A stretch of DNA of 64,000 nucleotides from assembly GCA_051532035.1 (NCBI GenBank), contig JAOPTW010000032.1:1-64000 (forward strand), given 5' to 3'. The position numbers and the translations under genes were made by a program. Position 1 is the first letter of the stretch. Each line of letters begins with the position of its first letter. Below the pieces are notes generated by a model that worked only from the letters and a program-made list of their open reading frames with translations, did no database searches and was not told the DNA's origin. The stretch comes from Fibrobacterales bacterium. Lineage in GTDB: Bacteria > Fibrobacterota > Fibrobacteria > Fibrobacterales > JAOPTW01. Positions 1 to 10,298 of the stretch are shown piece by piece.

Positions 1-85
1 AAGGACGAATTTTAAGCTACTCAACCTCTAAAGAGCACGAATTTGTATATTTTATGTACAAATTTAAAGCTTTGAGTCGGTAATC

Positions 86-298
86 ATGGGTGTATTTCTT
101 ACAATAGTCGCAAGTATCGTTTGCATGTATTTCACCATAAATTATCTGAAAAAGAATTTAAAGCTTATTGAAGTAAAGAATAAAGAGGTTGAAAGCCAGT
201 ATACTCGGGCCTTTAATTATGCAGGAACGCTCCTTTGGTTTTTCTGTTGCGCAGTATTCTCTATTGGACTTATTGTCAATAATCTCATCATTGATTAA
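86..298 (+). CDS. Small hypothetical membrane protein (2 TM)
   Basis: 70-aa ORF with two hydrophobic segments; converges on and overlaps the 3' end of mazG. Confidence 0.5.
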   Translation: MGVFLTIVASIVCMYFTINYLKKNLKLIEVKNKEVESQYTRAFNYAGTLLWFFCCAVFSIGLIVNNLIID

Positions 299-1115
299 TC
301 TGTTTAACTCGGTTCCACAACTGATCAAGCTCCTCTAACGTTTGACTATTCAGTTCATTTTCTGAAATTTTTTCCATTTGTTTAAAGCGGCCCACAAATT
401 TATTATTTGCTTTTCTGAGAGCTATCTCAGGATCAATCCCATATTTACGCCCTAAATTGACAACACTAAACAAAATATCACCAAATTCTTCTTCCGCAGC
501 ATCGGAAACGGGGGCATTTTGTTCATAGAGCGCCTCTGGACGATCAATATCTGTCTTAATCTCAGCTTTAAACTCGTCGATCTCTTCGGTAATTTTCTCG
601 TATACCCCATCAGCATTGGGCCAGTCAAAACCAACCTTTGCTGCTCGGTTTTGAATTTTTTTCGCCAATGAGAGCGCAGGCATAGTTTTAGGAAGCCCTT
701 TCATTATGGTCTTCTCTTCGGTAATACCCCGTTTCTCTTTTTCAACTTGTTTAAAAGAATCCCAATTATTCAGTACATCATCACTGGTATTAAGTTTGAG
801 GTCACCAAATACATGGGGATGCCGATGGACCATTTTATTCGATATGGCAGAGATAACGTCTTCTATGGCAAATCGGTTCTCTTCTTCAGCTATTTGCGCA
901 TGAAAGATTACTTGTAAGAGCACATCACCCAATTCATCACACATCTCAGCATCATCACCATTCTGAACCCCATCAATAAATTCTGCAGTCTCTTCAATCA
1001 GATACTGCAACAGTGATTCGTGGGTCTGCTCTCTATCCCAAGGACACCCATCTTTACCGCGTAAACGAGCCATAATATCGATAAGCTCCTGGAAGGTATA
1101 TTTTTTTTGTTCCAT
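288..1115 (-). CDS. mazG: Nucleoside triphosphate pyrophosphohydrolase MazG
   Basis: LRGKDGCPWDREQTHESL, ELGDVLLQVIFH, HRHPHVFG, GFDW and a second EEFGDILF motif (tandem MazG domains). Confidence 0.95.
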   Translation of the reverse strand: MEQKKYTFQELIDIMARLRGKDGCPWDREQTHESLLQYLIEETAEFIDGVQNGDDAEMCDELGDVLLQVIFHAQIAEEENRFAIEDVISAISNKMVHRHPHVFGDLKLNTSDDVLNNWDSFKQVEKEKRGITEEKTIMKGLPKTMPALSLAKKIQNRAAKVGFDWPNADGVYEKITEEIDEFKAEIKTDIDRPEALYEQNAPVSDAAEEEFGDILFSVVNLGRKYGIDPEIALRKANNKFVGRFKQMEKISENELNSQTLEELDQLWNRVKQINQ

Positions 1116-1167
1116 AATTGTGAATCCTTTGTATATTTAAATGCCCATTTGTGCACTACGGTAAAAT

Positions 1168-2331
1168 ATGACTGCTACTTCAACTCTCACTTCAGAGCTC
1201 TCCTATTGGATTGCCCTCAATGCAATTGACTCTGTCGGGTCTGCAACATTCTTTAAAATTCTCGCTCAATATCCTAAGGTTTCTGAACTTTTTTTAGCGT
1301 CATCACATGCTTTAAAGCGATTACGCTTAAAAGATAACATCATCTCTGATATCCTCAACGGTCCCAATCTTGAATATGCTAATCGTGAAATTTCAATGGC
1401 AGAAGAATACGGGATCTCGATTATCACCTTTAATTCTGATGATTACCCCCTTAATCTTAAAAACTCTCCTTATGCCCCTCCTTTGATTTATGTTAAAGGA
1501 ACTCTTATCCGCGAAGACACCTATGCCCTTGCTATGGTTGGCACAAGGCGCTCAACCCAATATGGAGCCGCTGCTGCAGAATTCATCACCCAAGGAGTCG
1601 CCACTCAAGGAATCACTGTTGTATCTGGACTCGCACAAGGAATAGACCGCGCCTGCCATCAGCAGTGCATTAATATGAATAAGCGTACAATTGCAGTTTT
1701 AGGGCAAGGAATTCTCGATCTCTATCTGGGCCATTCAAAAAAAATTATTGACGATATCGCTCAATGTGGTGCAATCATCTCTCAATTCCCCTTAAACTAC
1801 CCTGGCTCCACTACAACATTTCCTATACGAAATAAGGTTATTTCTGGATTGAGTAAAGCAACGCTTGTTATTGAGAGCAGCTCACGAGGCGGTGCATTAA
1901 TTACTGCACGAAACTGTATTGATGAAGGAAAAGAACTCATGGCCGTACCAGGAAATATTTTTTCTGTAGCCTCTCAGGGATGCAACACTTTAATAGCCCA
2001 AGGAGCTCATCCAATTTATCACCCTGATCAAGTAGTTCAAATAATCGAAAGAAATCCTTTTCAGAGTCATCGAAATGATAACTCCCCCTTTAAACCTATT
2101 GCAGAGCCCCTGGTTAATGAGTACCCTCAACCAAAACCGGCAGCGCCCATCATATTAAATAAAGACGAACAGGCGCTTATCGAACTCATGCCCCCTGATA
2201 AAATCCATGTAGATACTCTCAGTGATAAGTCTGGTCTGCCAGCATCTCAAGTTTTATCTATATTGACACTATTAGAACTCAAAACATATGTAGCCTCTTG
2301 TGCAAATATGTTTTATCAAAAATTGATATGA
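1168..2331 (+). CDS. dprA: DNA-processing protein DprA (Smf)
   Basis: AMVGTR, VVSGLAQGID, FPIRNKVISGLS, GALITA, AVPGNIFS..GCNTLI and a C-terminal winged helix (LTLLELK). Confidence 0.95.
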   Translation: MTATSTLTSELSYWIALNAIDSVGSATFFKILAQYPKVSELFLASSHALKRLRLKDNIISDILNGPNLEYANREISMAEEYGISIITFNSDDYPLNLKNSPYAPPLIYVKGTLIREDTYALAMVGTRRSTQYGAAAAEFITQGVATQGITVVSGLAQGIDRACHQQCINMNKRTIAVLGQGILDLYLGHSKKIIDDIAQCGAIISQFPLNYPGSTTTFPIRNKVISGLSKATLVIESSSRGGALITARNCIDEGKELMAVPGNIFSVASQGCNTLIAQGAHPIYHPDQVVQIIERNPFQSHRNDNSPFKPIAEPLVNEYPQPKPAAPIILNKDEQALIELMPPDKIHVDTLSDKSGLPASQVLSILTLLELKTYVASCANMFYQKLI

Positions 2332-2636
2332 AACGAATTAAGATTATCCCTCTCGCCATTCTATCGGTAACCATCTTTTTGGTGTATCGCATTTTTCTGG
2401 GATCAAACGGCATGATCAATCAATATTTTATAACGAGTCGTAATAGCGATATGCGTGAACGCATAGATAGCCTAGGAAAATTGATCATTCTGAAAGATGA
2501 TGAAATTGAGCGACTTGAAAGTGATACGGCATATATTGAATTTATCGCTCGTACACAATTAGGGATGTCGATGAAAGGTGAAAAAATTATAAAATTTGTT
2601 TCACCAGATTCATCAAACCACAAGAGCTCAGAGTAG
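2328..2636 (+). CDS. ftsB: Septum formation initiator FtsB/DivIC family
   Basis: N-terminal TM, GSNG, coiled coil, YIEFIARTQLGM..KGE; ATG at 2328 overlaps the dprA stop (ATGA). Confidence 0.8.
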   Translation: MKRIKIIPLAILSVTIFLVYRIFLGSNGMINQYFITSRNSDMRERIDSLGKLIILKDDEIERLESDTAYIEFIARTQLGMSMKGEKIIKFVSPDSSNHKSSE

Positions 2637-2656
2637 AGCCCAAGGGTTCAATTCAA

Positions 2657-3199
2657 TTATTTTTTTGCAACAACAACGTATCCTATCTCCGATTTATCAG
2701 GAGTTAAGGATATTTTAGAAACAGTCAATGCAACATCGAGGCCTATTCCATTTTTATCTTTCTGTGTAACTTCAAGATTTAAAATAGAATCATTCCAGGT
2801 CGTCGTAACTGCCTGATCGAATGATGAGTGACTATTTTTCAGCTGTGTATGAATAATATCCATTCCTTTGGATGACACCTCTGAAGGAATAAAACCATAC
2901 AGTCTCACCGCTCCTAAATTCCAAGAAAGAATCTTTAAATCTCTACTAAGAATAACCATAGGGTCAATCTGATTTGTGTCAGAAGCGGCCGCTTTTTGCG
3001 TAACCATCTGCAACATCTGCTGATTGAGACTATCTTCGGAGACTCCTATCTCTTTAATAAATTGCAGAATATTAACTTCTGCAATTCTTCGTGGCCCTTT
3101 GCCAATTCTGTCGTACGGTAATCTTCCTTGGTCCAGCCAGTTAATAACTGTCTGTGAAGAGACCTGGAAAAGTTTAGCTGCATCACCTGTAGATAACAT
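2657..3199 (-). CDS. Excisionase/MerR-like HTH plus PAS-like domain protein, putative regulator
   Basis: N-terminal LSTGDAAKLFQVSSQTVINWLDQGRL; C-terminal ILSWNLGAVRLYGF PAS signature. Confidence 0.7.
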   Translation of the reverse strand: MLSTGDAAKLFQVSSQTVINWLDQGRLPYDRIGKGPRRIAEVNILQFIKEIGVSEDSLNQQMLQMVTQKAAASDTNQIDPMVILSRDLKILSWNLGAVRLYGFIPSEVSSKGMDIIHTQLKNSHSSFDQAVTTTWNDSILNLEVTQKDKNGIGLDVALTVSKISLTPDKSEIGYVVVAKK

Positions 3200-3335
3200 A
3201 CATTCCTCACTTCAACTCATAGCGCTTTTGAATATCTAGTTCTTAAGAAGTCAACTTGCGCTTTTTTATCTTTTATAAAAAGATTCTACCATAAAGGAAT
3301 TACAAAAACAATAGTTTTTTATAAAAAGAGATATT

Positions 3336-3827
3336 TTAGAGGAAGGGTACTACAACTGTTGCAACCGCTTGTGCAGCAATTCCCTCTTTACGACCTACAA
3401 ACCCCAATTTTTCGGTTGTCGTAGCCTTAATACCAATTTGACCAACCGTAACATTCAGTGCTTCAGCTAAACGGCGTTGCATCGCTTCTCGATGTGGATT
3501 TATTTTTGGGACCTCAGCCATCACCACAGAGTCGATAGAGATCAACGTTATGTTCTTCTCTTCCATAGTTTTTTGAATAAACTCAAGAATAGTGATACTA
3601 TCCATCCCCGCTAGTGTCGGGTCAGTGTCAGGAAAAAACGTTCCTATATCGCCCAAGCCCATTGCACCAAGTATGGCATCTGCAATGGCATGGATGAGAA
3701 CGTCAGCATCACTATGCCCCAGTAACCCCATTTCAAAGGGGATATGCACTCCACCAATTACACACTTACGCCCTTCAACAAGACGATGTACATCGTATCC
3801 AATACCCGTTCTATATATTTTTTCCAC
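3336..3827 (-). CDS. ispF: 2-C-methyl-D-erythritol 2,4-cyclodiphosphate synthase
   Basis: GIGYDVHRL, GHSDADVLIHAIADAILGA, KATTTEKLGFVGRKEGIAA; GTG start at 3827 preceded by GGAGG. Confidence 0.96.
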   Translation of the reverse strand: MEKIYRTGIGYDVHRLVEGRKCVIGGVHIPFEMGLLGHSDADVLIHAIADAILGAMGLGDIGTFFPDTDPTLAGMDSITILEFIQKTMEEKNITLISIDSVVMAEVPKINPHREAMQRRLAEALNVTVGQIGIKATTTEKLGFVGRKEGIAAQAVATVVVPFL

Positions 3828-4509
3828 GATTTGCCTCCAACATTTGTTCAAATCGAATGAGATCATTCGGAGTTGTTATTTTATCATTCCACTCATTACC
3901 AGGTACAATTGAAACCGGTAATCCGAGGCGCTCCATAATTGAGGCTTCATCCGTTGGGATAAAATCACTCAGTGATGCAATATTCCCATAAGCCTCTTTG
4001 AGCTCTGTTACAGAAAATGCCTGGGGAGTTTGAGCAAGGTAGACCGTAGAGCGATCTATAGTATCAGTTACTTGGTTATTGTGAACTACTTTCACTGTAT
4101 CAGTGGCAGGCTTTGCGACAATACACGACCCGTTCACTTTAACTTCATTAATGACCGCATCAATAGTCTCTGCTTGAATAAAAGGACGCGCGACATCATG
4201 TGCAAGGACATAATCAATAGTTGTACTGAGCGCGTTAACTCCGTTTTGCACCGACTGCCATCGATGTTCACCACCCGCTACAACAGTCACTGTTTGATTA
4301 GTGTTGAATTCTGATGAAAACTGGTTCACATACTCTTGTGGACAGACAAATACAATTTCTGTAATTTCAGGATGAGAAAGAAATGTTGATATACAGTGCC
4401 GATATATCTCGACACCGTGTATTGTGAGAAGTTGCTTAGGTTTATCTGCACCAAAGCGTTTGCCGACCCCACCGGCCGGCAATACGACTCCTATTTTTTT
4501 AATGCTCAT
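3811..4509 (-). CDS. ispD: 2-C-methyl-D-erythritol 4-phosphate cytidylyltransferase
   Basis: PAGGVGKRFGADKPKQ, HDVARPF, AQTPQAF, TDEAS, KITTPNDL. Confidence 0.95.
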   Translation of the reverse strand: MSIKKIGVVLPAGGVGKRFGADKPKQLLTIHGVEIYRHCISTFLSHPEITEIVFVCPQEYVNQFSSEFNTNQTVTVVAGGEHRWQSVQNGVNALSTTIDYVLAHDVARPFIQAETIDAVINEVKVNGSCIVAKPATDTVKVVHNNQVTDTIDRSTVYLAQTPQAFSVTELKEAYGNIASLSDFIPTDEASIMERLGLPVSIVPGNEWNDKITTPNDLIRFEQMLEANRGKNI

Positions 4510-5748
4510 TTAGAACTGAACGTTTGAATCTTTGCCGAGCTTTAACGCACGAGTTGTCATTGTAAGACCAAAACATTTAATAAATCCAGTTGCATCTTTT
4601 TGATCATAGGTTTCTACATCAGAAAACCCACCTAACTCTTCATCATATAAACTATAGGGAGAGGAGATATGTGTAGGAATGATATTTCCTTTATAGAGTT
4701 TAACGGTAACTTTACCCGTCACTACTTTTTGAGTTTCATTAGCAAATGCATCCATTGCTTGGCGCAGTGGAGTAAACCACTCACCATCATACACCATATT
4801 TGCATACGTTTGCGAAAGCTTCATTTTTTCTTGTAATGTGTTTTTATCAAGAACCAATGACTCGAGAAGTTCATGGGTTTTATAGAGCACTGTTCCACCA
4901 GGAGTTTCATATACGCCACGCGATTTAAGTCCAACGAGACGATTTTCTACAATATCAAGAAGGCCTACAGCGTTACGCCCTGCAATAGCATTAAGAGATT
5001 CTACAATTTCTACAGGACCAAGAGAATCCCCATTTAATTTTACAGGAATACCCTGCTCAAAACCAACAGTTACATACTCTGCTGCATCTGGTGACTCCTC
5101 AAATCTATTTGACATAGTGAGCATATCGTACTGATGCTCTTGCTCAGGATACTCAAGTATGCCACCTTCGTGAGAGAGGTGCCATAAATTTCCATCTTCG
5201 GAATAGATCTTCTCTTTTGAGATACCGCCGAGAGGAATATTACGTTCCTCGGCATACTCTATTGCTTCTTCACGTGAAGAAATGGTCCAATCTTCGTGCT
5301 TCCATGGAGCAATAATATCAATATTTGGATTTATCGCTCTATAGGTTAGTTCAAAACGAACCTGATCATTTCCTTTACCTGTTGCACCGTGAGCAACTGC
5401 ATCAGCACCTTCAGCTTCTGCAATTTTCATCTGATGTTTTGCAATAAGAGGGCGAGCAATTGAGGTGCCCAGTAAATAGGTACCTTCATAGCGTGCATTC
5501 ATTTTAAGTATAGGCCATGCGTACTCTTCTATAAACTCTTTTTTAAGGTCAAGAACATAACATTTAGAAGCACCAGTCGCAAGAGCCTTCTCTTCGAGAG
5601 CCTGAGGGTCTATTTCACCCTGCCCTACGTCTGCAGCATATGCAATTACTTCACATCCATATTGCTCTTTGAGCCAAGGAATAATAATTGAGGTATCAAG
5701 CCCGCCAGAATAGGCAAGTACGATTTTTTTATAATTCTTTTTAGCCAT
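4510..5748 (-). CDS. argG: Argininosuccinate synthase
   Basis: [46 protein letters not shown]. Confidence 0.97.
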   Translation of the reverse strand: MAKKNYKKIVLAYSGGLDTSIIIPWLKEQYGCEVIAYAADVGQGEIDPQALEEKALATGASKCYVLDLKKEFIEEYAWPILKMNARYEGTYLLGTSIARPLIAKHQMKIAEAEGADAVAHGATGKGNDQVRFELTYRAINPNIDIIAPWKHEDWTISSREEAIEYAEERNIPLGGISKEKIYSEDGNLWHLSHEGGILEYPEQEHQYDMLTMSNRFEESPDAAEYVTVGFEQGIPVKLNGDSLGPVEIVESLNAIAGRNAVGLLDIVENRLVGLKSRGVYETPGGTVLYKTHELLESLVLDKNTLQEKMKLSQTYANMVYDGEWFTPLRQAMDAFANETQKVVTGKVTVKLYKGNIIPTHISSPYSLYDEELGGFSDVETYDQKDATGFIKCFGLTMTTRALKLGKDSNVQF

Positions 5749-6943
5749 TGTTCACTTCCTTTTGTTGTTCTTGAAAAATATCATTTAATGTATGTAATGC
5801 TACTTGAATCTCTTCATCCGTACAATTAAGTGGCGGTAAAAAGCGGAGTACATTTGTTCCTGCTCGAAGTATCAGCAGTCCACGATCTGCACACTTTTTA
5901 ATTATTTCTGCAATAGGGAGGCTCGTCTCGATACCGAGTATAAAGCCATCACCACGAACGTCACCAAGAAAGTCGTACATTGCACCTAATGTTTTTAGCC
6001 CATTTTTAAATCGAGTCGAACGCTCTTGTACACTTTCCATAAAGCCTAGCTTTGTAATCTCTTTTACAAACACTTCACCAACGGCACAAGCAACTGGATT
6101 TCCACCAAAAGTTGACCCATGGTCACCCGGCTTAATTTGAGTGGCGAGTTCATCTTTTAAGAGAACTGCACCGAGTGGAAGTCCTGCTGCAAGAGGCTTG
6201 GCAAGTGTTACTACATCAGGAAACAGGCCTACTCGATCTGAGCCAAGAAAAGCTCCCATACGCCCAAGACCCGTCTGAATTTCGTCAGCAATAATCATTA
6301 CACCACACTCTGCTTGAATGCGACAGATCTCTTGTATAAATTCTGGTGTGGGCACCCAAATGCCCCCTTCGCCTTGAATTGGCTCTAATATTATAGCCGC
6401 GACGGAATCATCTATCGCTTCTGCCAACATCGCACAATTATTCCACTCGAGAGCCTTAAATCCATCGAGCATTGACCCAAAGCCTTCTTGAATTTTTGCT
6501 TGCCCTGTTGCAGCCATACCACCATAAGTTCGCCCATGAAATGAGTTATTAAATGAAATAATTTTTTTACGATTTGGCTGACCTATCACATCAAAATGTT
6601 TACGAACAAATTTTATTGCCGCTTCATTAGCTTCGGTACCCGAATTACAAAAAAAGACTTTATCAAAATCTGAAGCATTGACCAAAAGCTGGGCAAGGGC
6701 TACTTGTTTTTCGTTTACATAGAGATTACTAATATGCAAGTAGTTCTCAACTTGTTTGGCTATTGCCTCTTTAAAAGGCGCAAAGTTATGGCCTAGAGAG
6801 GTTACCGCAATCCCCCCAACAAAGTCGAGATATTTTTTACCCGCTCTGTCAAAAAGATAGGGTCCTTCACCATGAGTAAATTCAAAATCGTAACGGGCGT
6901 AATTCCCGAGGAGGTATGTATCGTTCATCTCTTTTAATGACAT
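5741..6943 (-). CDS. argD: Acetylornithine aminotransferase (class III PLP)
   Basis: [49 protein letters not shown]; lies between argB and argG. Confidence 0.92.
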   Translation of the reverse strand: MSLKEMNDTYLLGNYARYDFEFTHGEGPYLFDRAGKKYLDFVGGIAVTSLGHNFAPFKEAIAKQVENYLHISNLYVNEKQVALAQLLVNASDFDKVFFCNSGTEANEAAIKFVRKHFDVIGQPNRKKIISFNNSFHGRTYGGMAATGQAKIQEGFGSMLDGFKALEWNNCAMLAEAIDDSVAAIILEPIQGEGGIWVPTPEFIQEICRIQAECGVMIIADEIQTGLGRMGAFLGSDRVGLFPDVVTLAKPLAAGLPLGAVLLKDELATQIKPGDHGSTFGGNPVACAVGEVFVKEITKLGFMESVQERSTRFKNGLKTLGAMYDFLGDVRGDGFILGIETSLPIAEIIKKCADRGLLILRAGTNVLRFLPPLNCTDEEIQVALHTLNDIFQEQQKEVNNG

Positions 6944-6950
6944 TGTGTAC

Positions 6951-7742
6951 CTAACTAATTATTGTTCCGTAGTTTATTTTTCCCATTATTTGGTTTTCCA
7001 GGGACTCTGCATCTTTCCATCCAAGAATATGAACGCGTCCAATACCACTATTCACACATTCAAGACATGATTCAACTTTTGGAATCATGCCCCCTTGAAT
7101 TACTTTCGAATCTACCAGCTCATCAATTTCGCCTTCATTAAGGTACGAAATAATTTCATCCCGGTTAAGTACCCCGGCCACATCACTGATAAACAAAAGT
7201 TGATCAACATTAAGTGCTCGGGCTAAAGCCGACGCAGCTTCATCTGCGTTGACATTGTAAGCATTTCCTTCCTGATCTACCGATAATGGTGAGACAACAG
7301 GGAGCCACTTCTTAGCAAGAAGATCTTCAACAAGTTGTGTATTCACGTCAGTGACCTCACCAACAAAACCAATATCATGACCCTCTTTTAATTTTTTCTG
7401 AGCAATAAGAAGCTCACCATCCTGACCGCTAATGCCCACAGTTTTACAACCACTCACTTGGAGCAATCGTACCAACCGTTTATTCATTGTACCACAAAGA
7501 GTCATCTCAACCATTTTGAGTACACTTTCATCAGTGACCCGTAGTCCATTTACAAATTCAGGGACCTCATCAAGAAGCTTCAAGTTTTCATTGATATCTT
7601 TGCCCCCACCATGTACAAGAACGACCTGATAGGACTTATTCACAAGAAGGTGAATGGCAGAAGCCAATTCTGCTAATTTCGTAGTATCAGCAGCAAAAGA
7701 TCCGCCAATTTTTATTAATATGGTCTCGCTCGGTTGAGTCAT
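6951..7742 (-). CDS. argB: Acetylglutamate kinase
   Basis: IKIGGS, VHGGG, GLRVTD, NVNADEAA, GGMIPKV; alternative start at 7757. Confidence 0.93.
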   Translation of the reverse strand: MTQPSETILIKIGGSFAADTTKLAELASAIHLLVNKSYQVVLVHGGGKDINENLKLLDEVPEFVNGLRVTDESVLKMVEMTLCGTMNKRLVRLLQVSGCKTVGISGQDGELLIAQKKLKEGHDIGFVGEVTDVNTQLVEDLLAKKWLPVVSPLSVDQEGNAYNVNADEAASALARALNVDQLLFISDVAGVLNRDEIISYLNEGEIDELVDSKVIQGGMIPKVESCLECVNSGIGRVHILGWKDAESLENQIMGKINYGTIIS

Positions 7743-8001
7743 TCGTTGTTCCCACATATAGTCCGAAACATTACTCCGGCCCTGTTCTAAACAGCAAAAC
7801 AGTACGTTTTGCCTATATAATTCCGCCTTAAATATATAAAATTATGCACTTTTCTTGATAAACCTCAGGCCGAAACAGGCTCTTTAAGAAACATTGAAGT
7901 CAAGATTGTACTTGTTTTATGAAAATGGTGTCGTTTACATGGATTCTATTTACATTATAACTCGACAACGGCACAACACCCCAAAAACTAAAGAGGATTT
8001 A

Positions 8002-8208
8002 ATGGCAATCAAAAAAGTATGGATTGATGAAAGTGAAAATGAGTGTACAATGTGCGGTGCTTGTGAAGCGATCTGTGATGCTGTCTTTGAAGTTCCCGAA
8101 AAAGTGATTGTACTTGATGATGCTGATCTTTCTCTTGAAGATGAAATTGTTGAAGCGGCAGAATGCTGCCCTGTTGAGATAATTAAATTTGAAAAAAGTA
8201 ATCCGTAA
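8002..8208 (+). CDS. Ferredoxin (single 4Fe-4S cluster)
   Basis: CTMCGACEAIC ... CCPVE; ATG at 8002 preceded by AGAGGA. Confidence 0.88.
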   Translation: MAIKKVWIDESENECTMCGACEAICDAVFEVPEKVIVLDDADLSLEDEIVEAAECCPVEIIKFEKSNP

Positions 8209-8311
8209 CTGTGACACCACCTTTTCTTTAAGTGCTGTTTCACAACCTTACCCCCGTTAGCACCATGATATATAAATGTCAAATATTCGTACCTGCTTTC
8301 AAAAAAAAGTA

Positions 8312-8340
8312 TTGATTTTTTATTCAGGTTATGGGATAAT
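8312..8340 (+). promoter_or_regulatory. Putative sigma70-type promoter of cheX
   Basis: TTGATT-N17-GATAAT with an extended TG, about 35 nt upstream of the cheX ATG. Confidence 0.4.
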
Positions 8341-8374
8341 AGTCTCAATAGAACAACATTGAGTGTAATAAGTC

Positions 8375-8848
8375 ATGCCAAACGTAAAAGTAGAGCACAT
8401 TAATCCATTTATTAAAGCTACTATTGAATCTTTTTCTACCATGATTGGCGTTACACTTAAGCCAGGAAAGATCCAACTCAAAGATACCGCAAGCACTATT
8501 CACGATATTTCTGGTATTATTGGCCTTTCTGGAGGCGCTCGCGGTGCCATTGCAATAAGTTTTCCTAAAGCATGCGCTCTTGATGTTGTAAGTAAATTTA
8601 TTGGCGAAGAGATTAATGATATAAATGAAGATGTCACCGATGCTATTGGTGAACTCGCAAATATTATTGCCGGCTATGCTAAAAAGGATCTTACGGAATT
8701 CAGCATTCAAATCTCACTCCCTTCTGTTATTACAGGGGAAGGCCACAAAGTTTCTGATGCGAAAGATGTCACTGCCATGGTAATTCCATTTACCTATGAC
8801 AGTTTTAGTTTTGATCTAGGTGTTGCACTCGTTTCAAATGACGAGTAA
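8375..8848 (+). CDS. cheX: Chemotaxis phosphatase CheX
   Basis: HINPFIKA, DISGIIGLSG, DAIGELANIIAG (ExxN), ISLPSVITG. Confidence 0.92.
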   Translation: MPNVKVEHINPFIKATIESFSTMIGVTLKPGKIQLKDTASTIHDISGIIGLSGGARGAIAISFPKACALDVVSKFIGEEINDINEDVTDAIGELANIIAGYAKKDLTEFSIQISLPSVITGEGHKVSDAKDVTAMVIPFTYDSFSFDLGVALVSNDE

Positions 8849-8852
8849 TAGA

Positions 8853-9626
8853 CTATTTCAGAAGTGCTTCTGCCTGCATAACAGAATTTGTTCCCGCACA
8901 ATGAGTATCATCCATAAGAGATTTGAGCATTTCAACTTTTAAATTTTTTTTACCAAGTGATTTGGCAAGTGTTGCAAGTTTTAACTTTGTTGTACACACT
9001 TTTTTGCCTGCAGGAAACTCAGTAATGAGGCGTTTATAATTCTTTATTGCACCTTCTTTTTTCCCTGACTCTTCGAAACAAGAAGCCAACCAGTACAGTG
9101 CTTTTTCCGCCATCTCTTTATTACTATGCCCTACATAGACATCTTTAAAACTACCATACGCCTCTTTAAAGTTCTTCTGTTGATAAAGCTCTTTAGCAGC
9201 CATGTATCTCTCTTCGAGTCCATTATCTTTAAGAACCTGTGCAGAGTCAACCACCGCTTGTGCCGAATCAGGCTTTGGCACTTCAACTACTTTCTGAATA
9301 ATTTCAGGCCTTTTGGTCAGTATTGAATCCGACTTTTCATTAATTCTCTGTAGTCTAAACTGAGTCTCTTCGAGACGCGCTTTTATCGCTTCATTATTTT
9401 TGGCCATACTCGACAAAATTAATCGTATGTCGGCATTGGTCCGATTTTGAGTCCGCCGCTGCTCTTTCATAAGGCTATCAATAACCATAGTAAGACTATC
9501 AATCTTTGTATTAATATTAGTCTCAACTTTTTTGAGCTCTTGTGTACGAATAACCGTCACATATGAACATGAGGTTGTCATTACAGTAAAGAGAAGGAGT
9601 GATGAAAAGAGCAGAATGCGAATCAT
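8853..9626 (-). CDS. cpoB: Tol-Pal associated TPR lipoprotein CpoB/YbgF
   Basis: Lipobox TTSC, coiled coil, TPRs (ALYWLASC, YKRLITEFP); directly downstream of pal. Confidence 0.8.
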   Translation of the reverse strand: MIRILLFSSLLLFTVMTTSCSYVTVIRTQELKKVETNINTKIDSLTMVIDSLMKEQRRTQNRTNADIRLILSSMAKNNEAIKARLEETQFRLQRINEKSDSILTKRPEIIQKVVEVPKPDSAQAVVDSAQVLKDNGLEERYMAAKELYQQKNFKEAYGSFKDVYVGHSNKEMAEKALYWLASCFEESGKKEGAIKNYKRLITEFPAGKKVCTTKLKLATLAKSLGKKNLKVEMLKSLMDDTHCAGTNSVMQAEALLK

Positions 9627-9662
9627 AAAAAAATTCCATTGGTAATTTGTGGGAAATATAAC

Positions 9663-9740
9663 AAAAAAAGGCTGAAGAGAGAAAACTGAGTAGAGTCGTT
9701 ACACAACTTATCTAACTCGTATTCTGTCTCCAGCCTCTTT
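9663..9740 (-). terminator. Long imperfect hairpin with U-tract downstream of pal
   Basis: Minus strand AGGCTGGAGACAGAA...TTCTCTCTTCAGCCTTTTTTT. Confidence 0.6.
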
Positions 9741-9756
9741 GAGTGCGAAATGAACG

Positions 9757-10284
9757 CTATTTTTCTATCGAAACTTTAAAATGGGCTCTACGATTCAATT
9801 CACGATCTTTATCTGTAGAGCCTTCTGATTTTGGCTTCTCTTCACCAAAACTCATTGTCTTCAGGCGAGTTTCAGCAACACCATAATTAGTAAGAAACTC
9901 AAAAACTGCTTTGGCTCTTTTACCACCCAAACTCATATTATACGCTTCAGTTCCAAGGTCATCTGTATGCCCTTCTACTGTAACGGTAAACTCTTTTGCT
10001 TCTATTAAAATATCAGCGATTCTTGAGAGCACATCACGTGCTTTCTCTGAAAGCATATGCTTATCAAAATCAAAGTACACATCTTCTTGCATGATTTTGT
10101 TAATCATCTCTTCAATATTTTTACGCTTTTTCTCTAATTTCTGTGCCTGGATATCTTCAGAAGATGAGATCACTGCTTCTGATGAACTCACTGACTCAGG
10201 AATTGGCTCTATAACTGGCTCTGGATTATCACTACATGCGAACATGATGAGGGTTACTGCGAATATGACGATACTATATTTCAT
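9757..10284 (-). CDS. pal: Peptidoglycan-associated lipoprotein Pal (OmpA-like domain)
   Basis: Lipobox FAC, VYFDFDK, VEGHTDDLGTEAYNMSLGGKRA, SFGEEKP, NRRAHF; ATG at 10284 after GGAG. Confidence 0.92.
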   Translation of the reverse strand: MKYSIVIFAVTLIMFACSDNPEPVIEPIPESVSSSEAVISSSEDIQAQKLEKKRKNIEEMINKIMQEDVYFDFDKHMLSEKARDVLSRIADILIEAKEFTVTVEGHTDDLGTEAYNMSLGGKRAKAVFEFLTNYGVAETRLKTMSFGEEKPKSEGSTDKDRELNRRAHFKVSIEK

Positions 10285-10298
10285 TGGTTCTCCGTTTG

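Noticed and set aside
7831..7852. Possible ARG box upstream of argB (TGCATAATTTTATATA on the minus strand)
   Set aside because: Only a half match in AT-rich DNA, with no tandem second box
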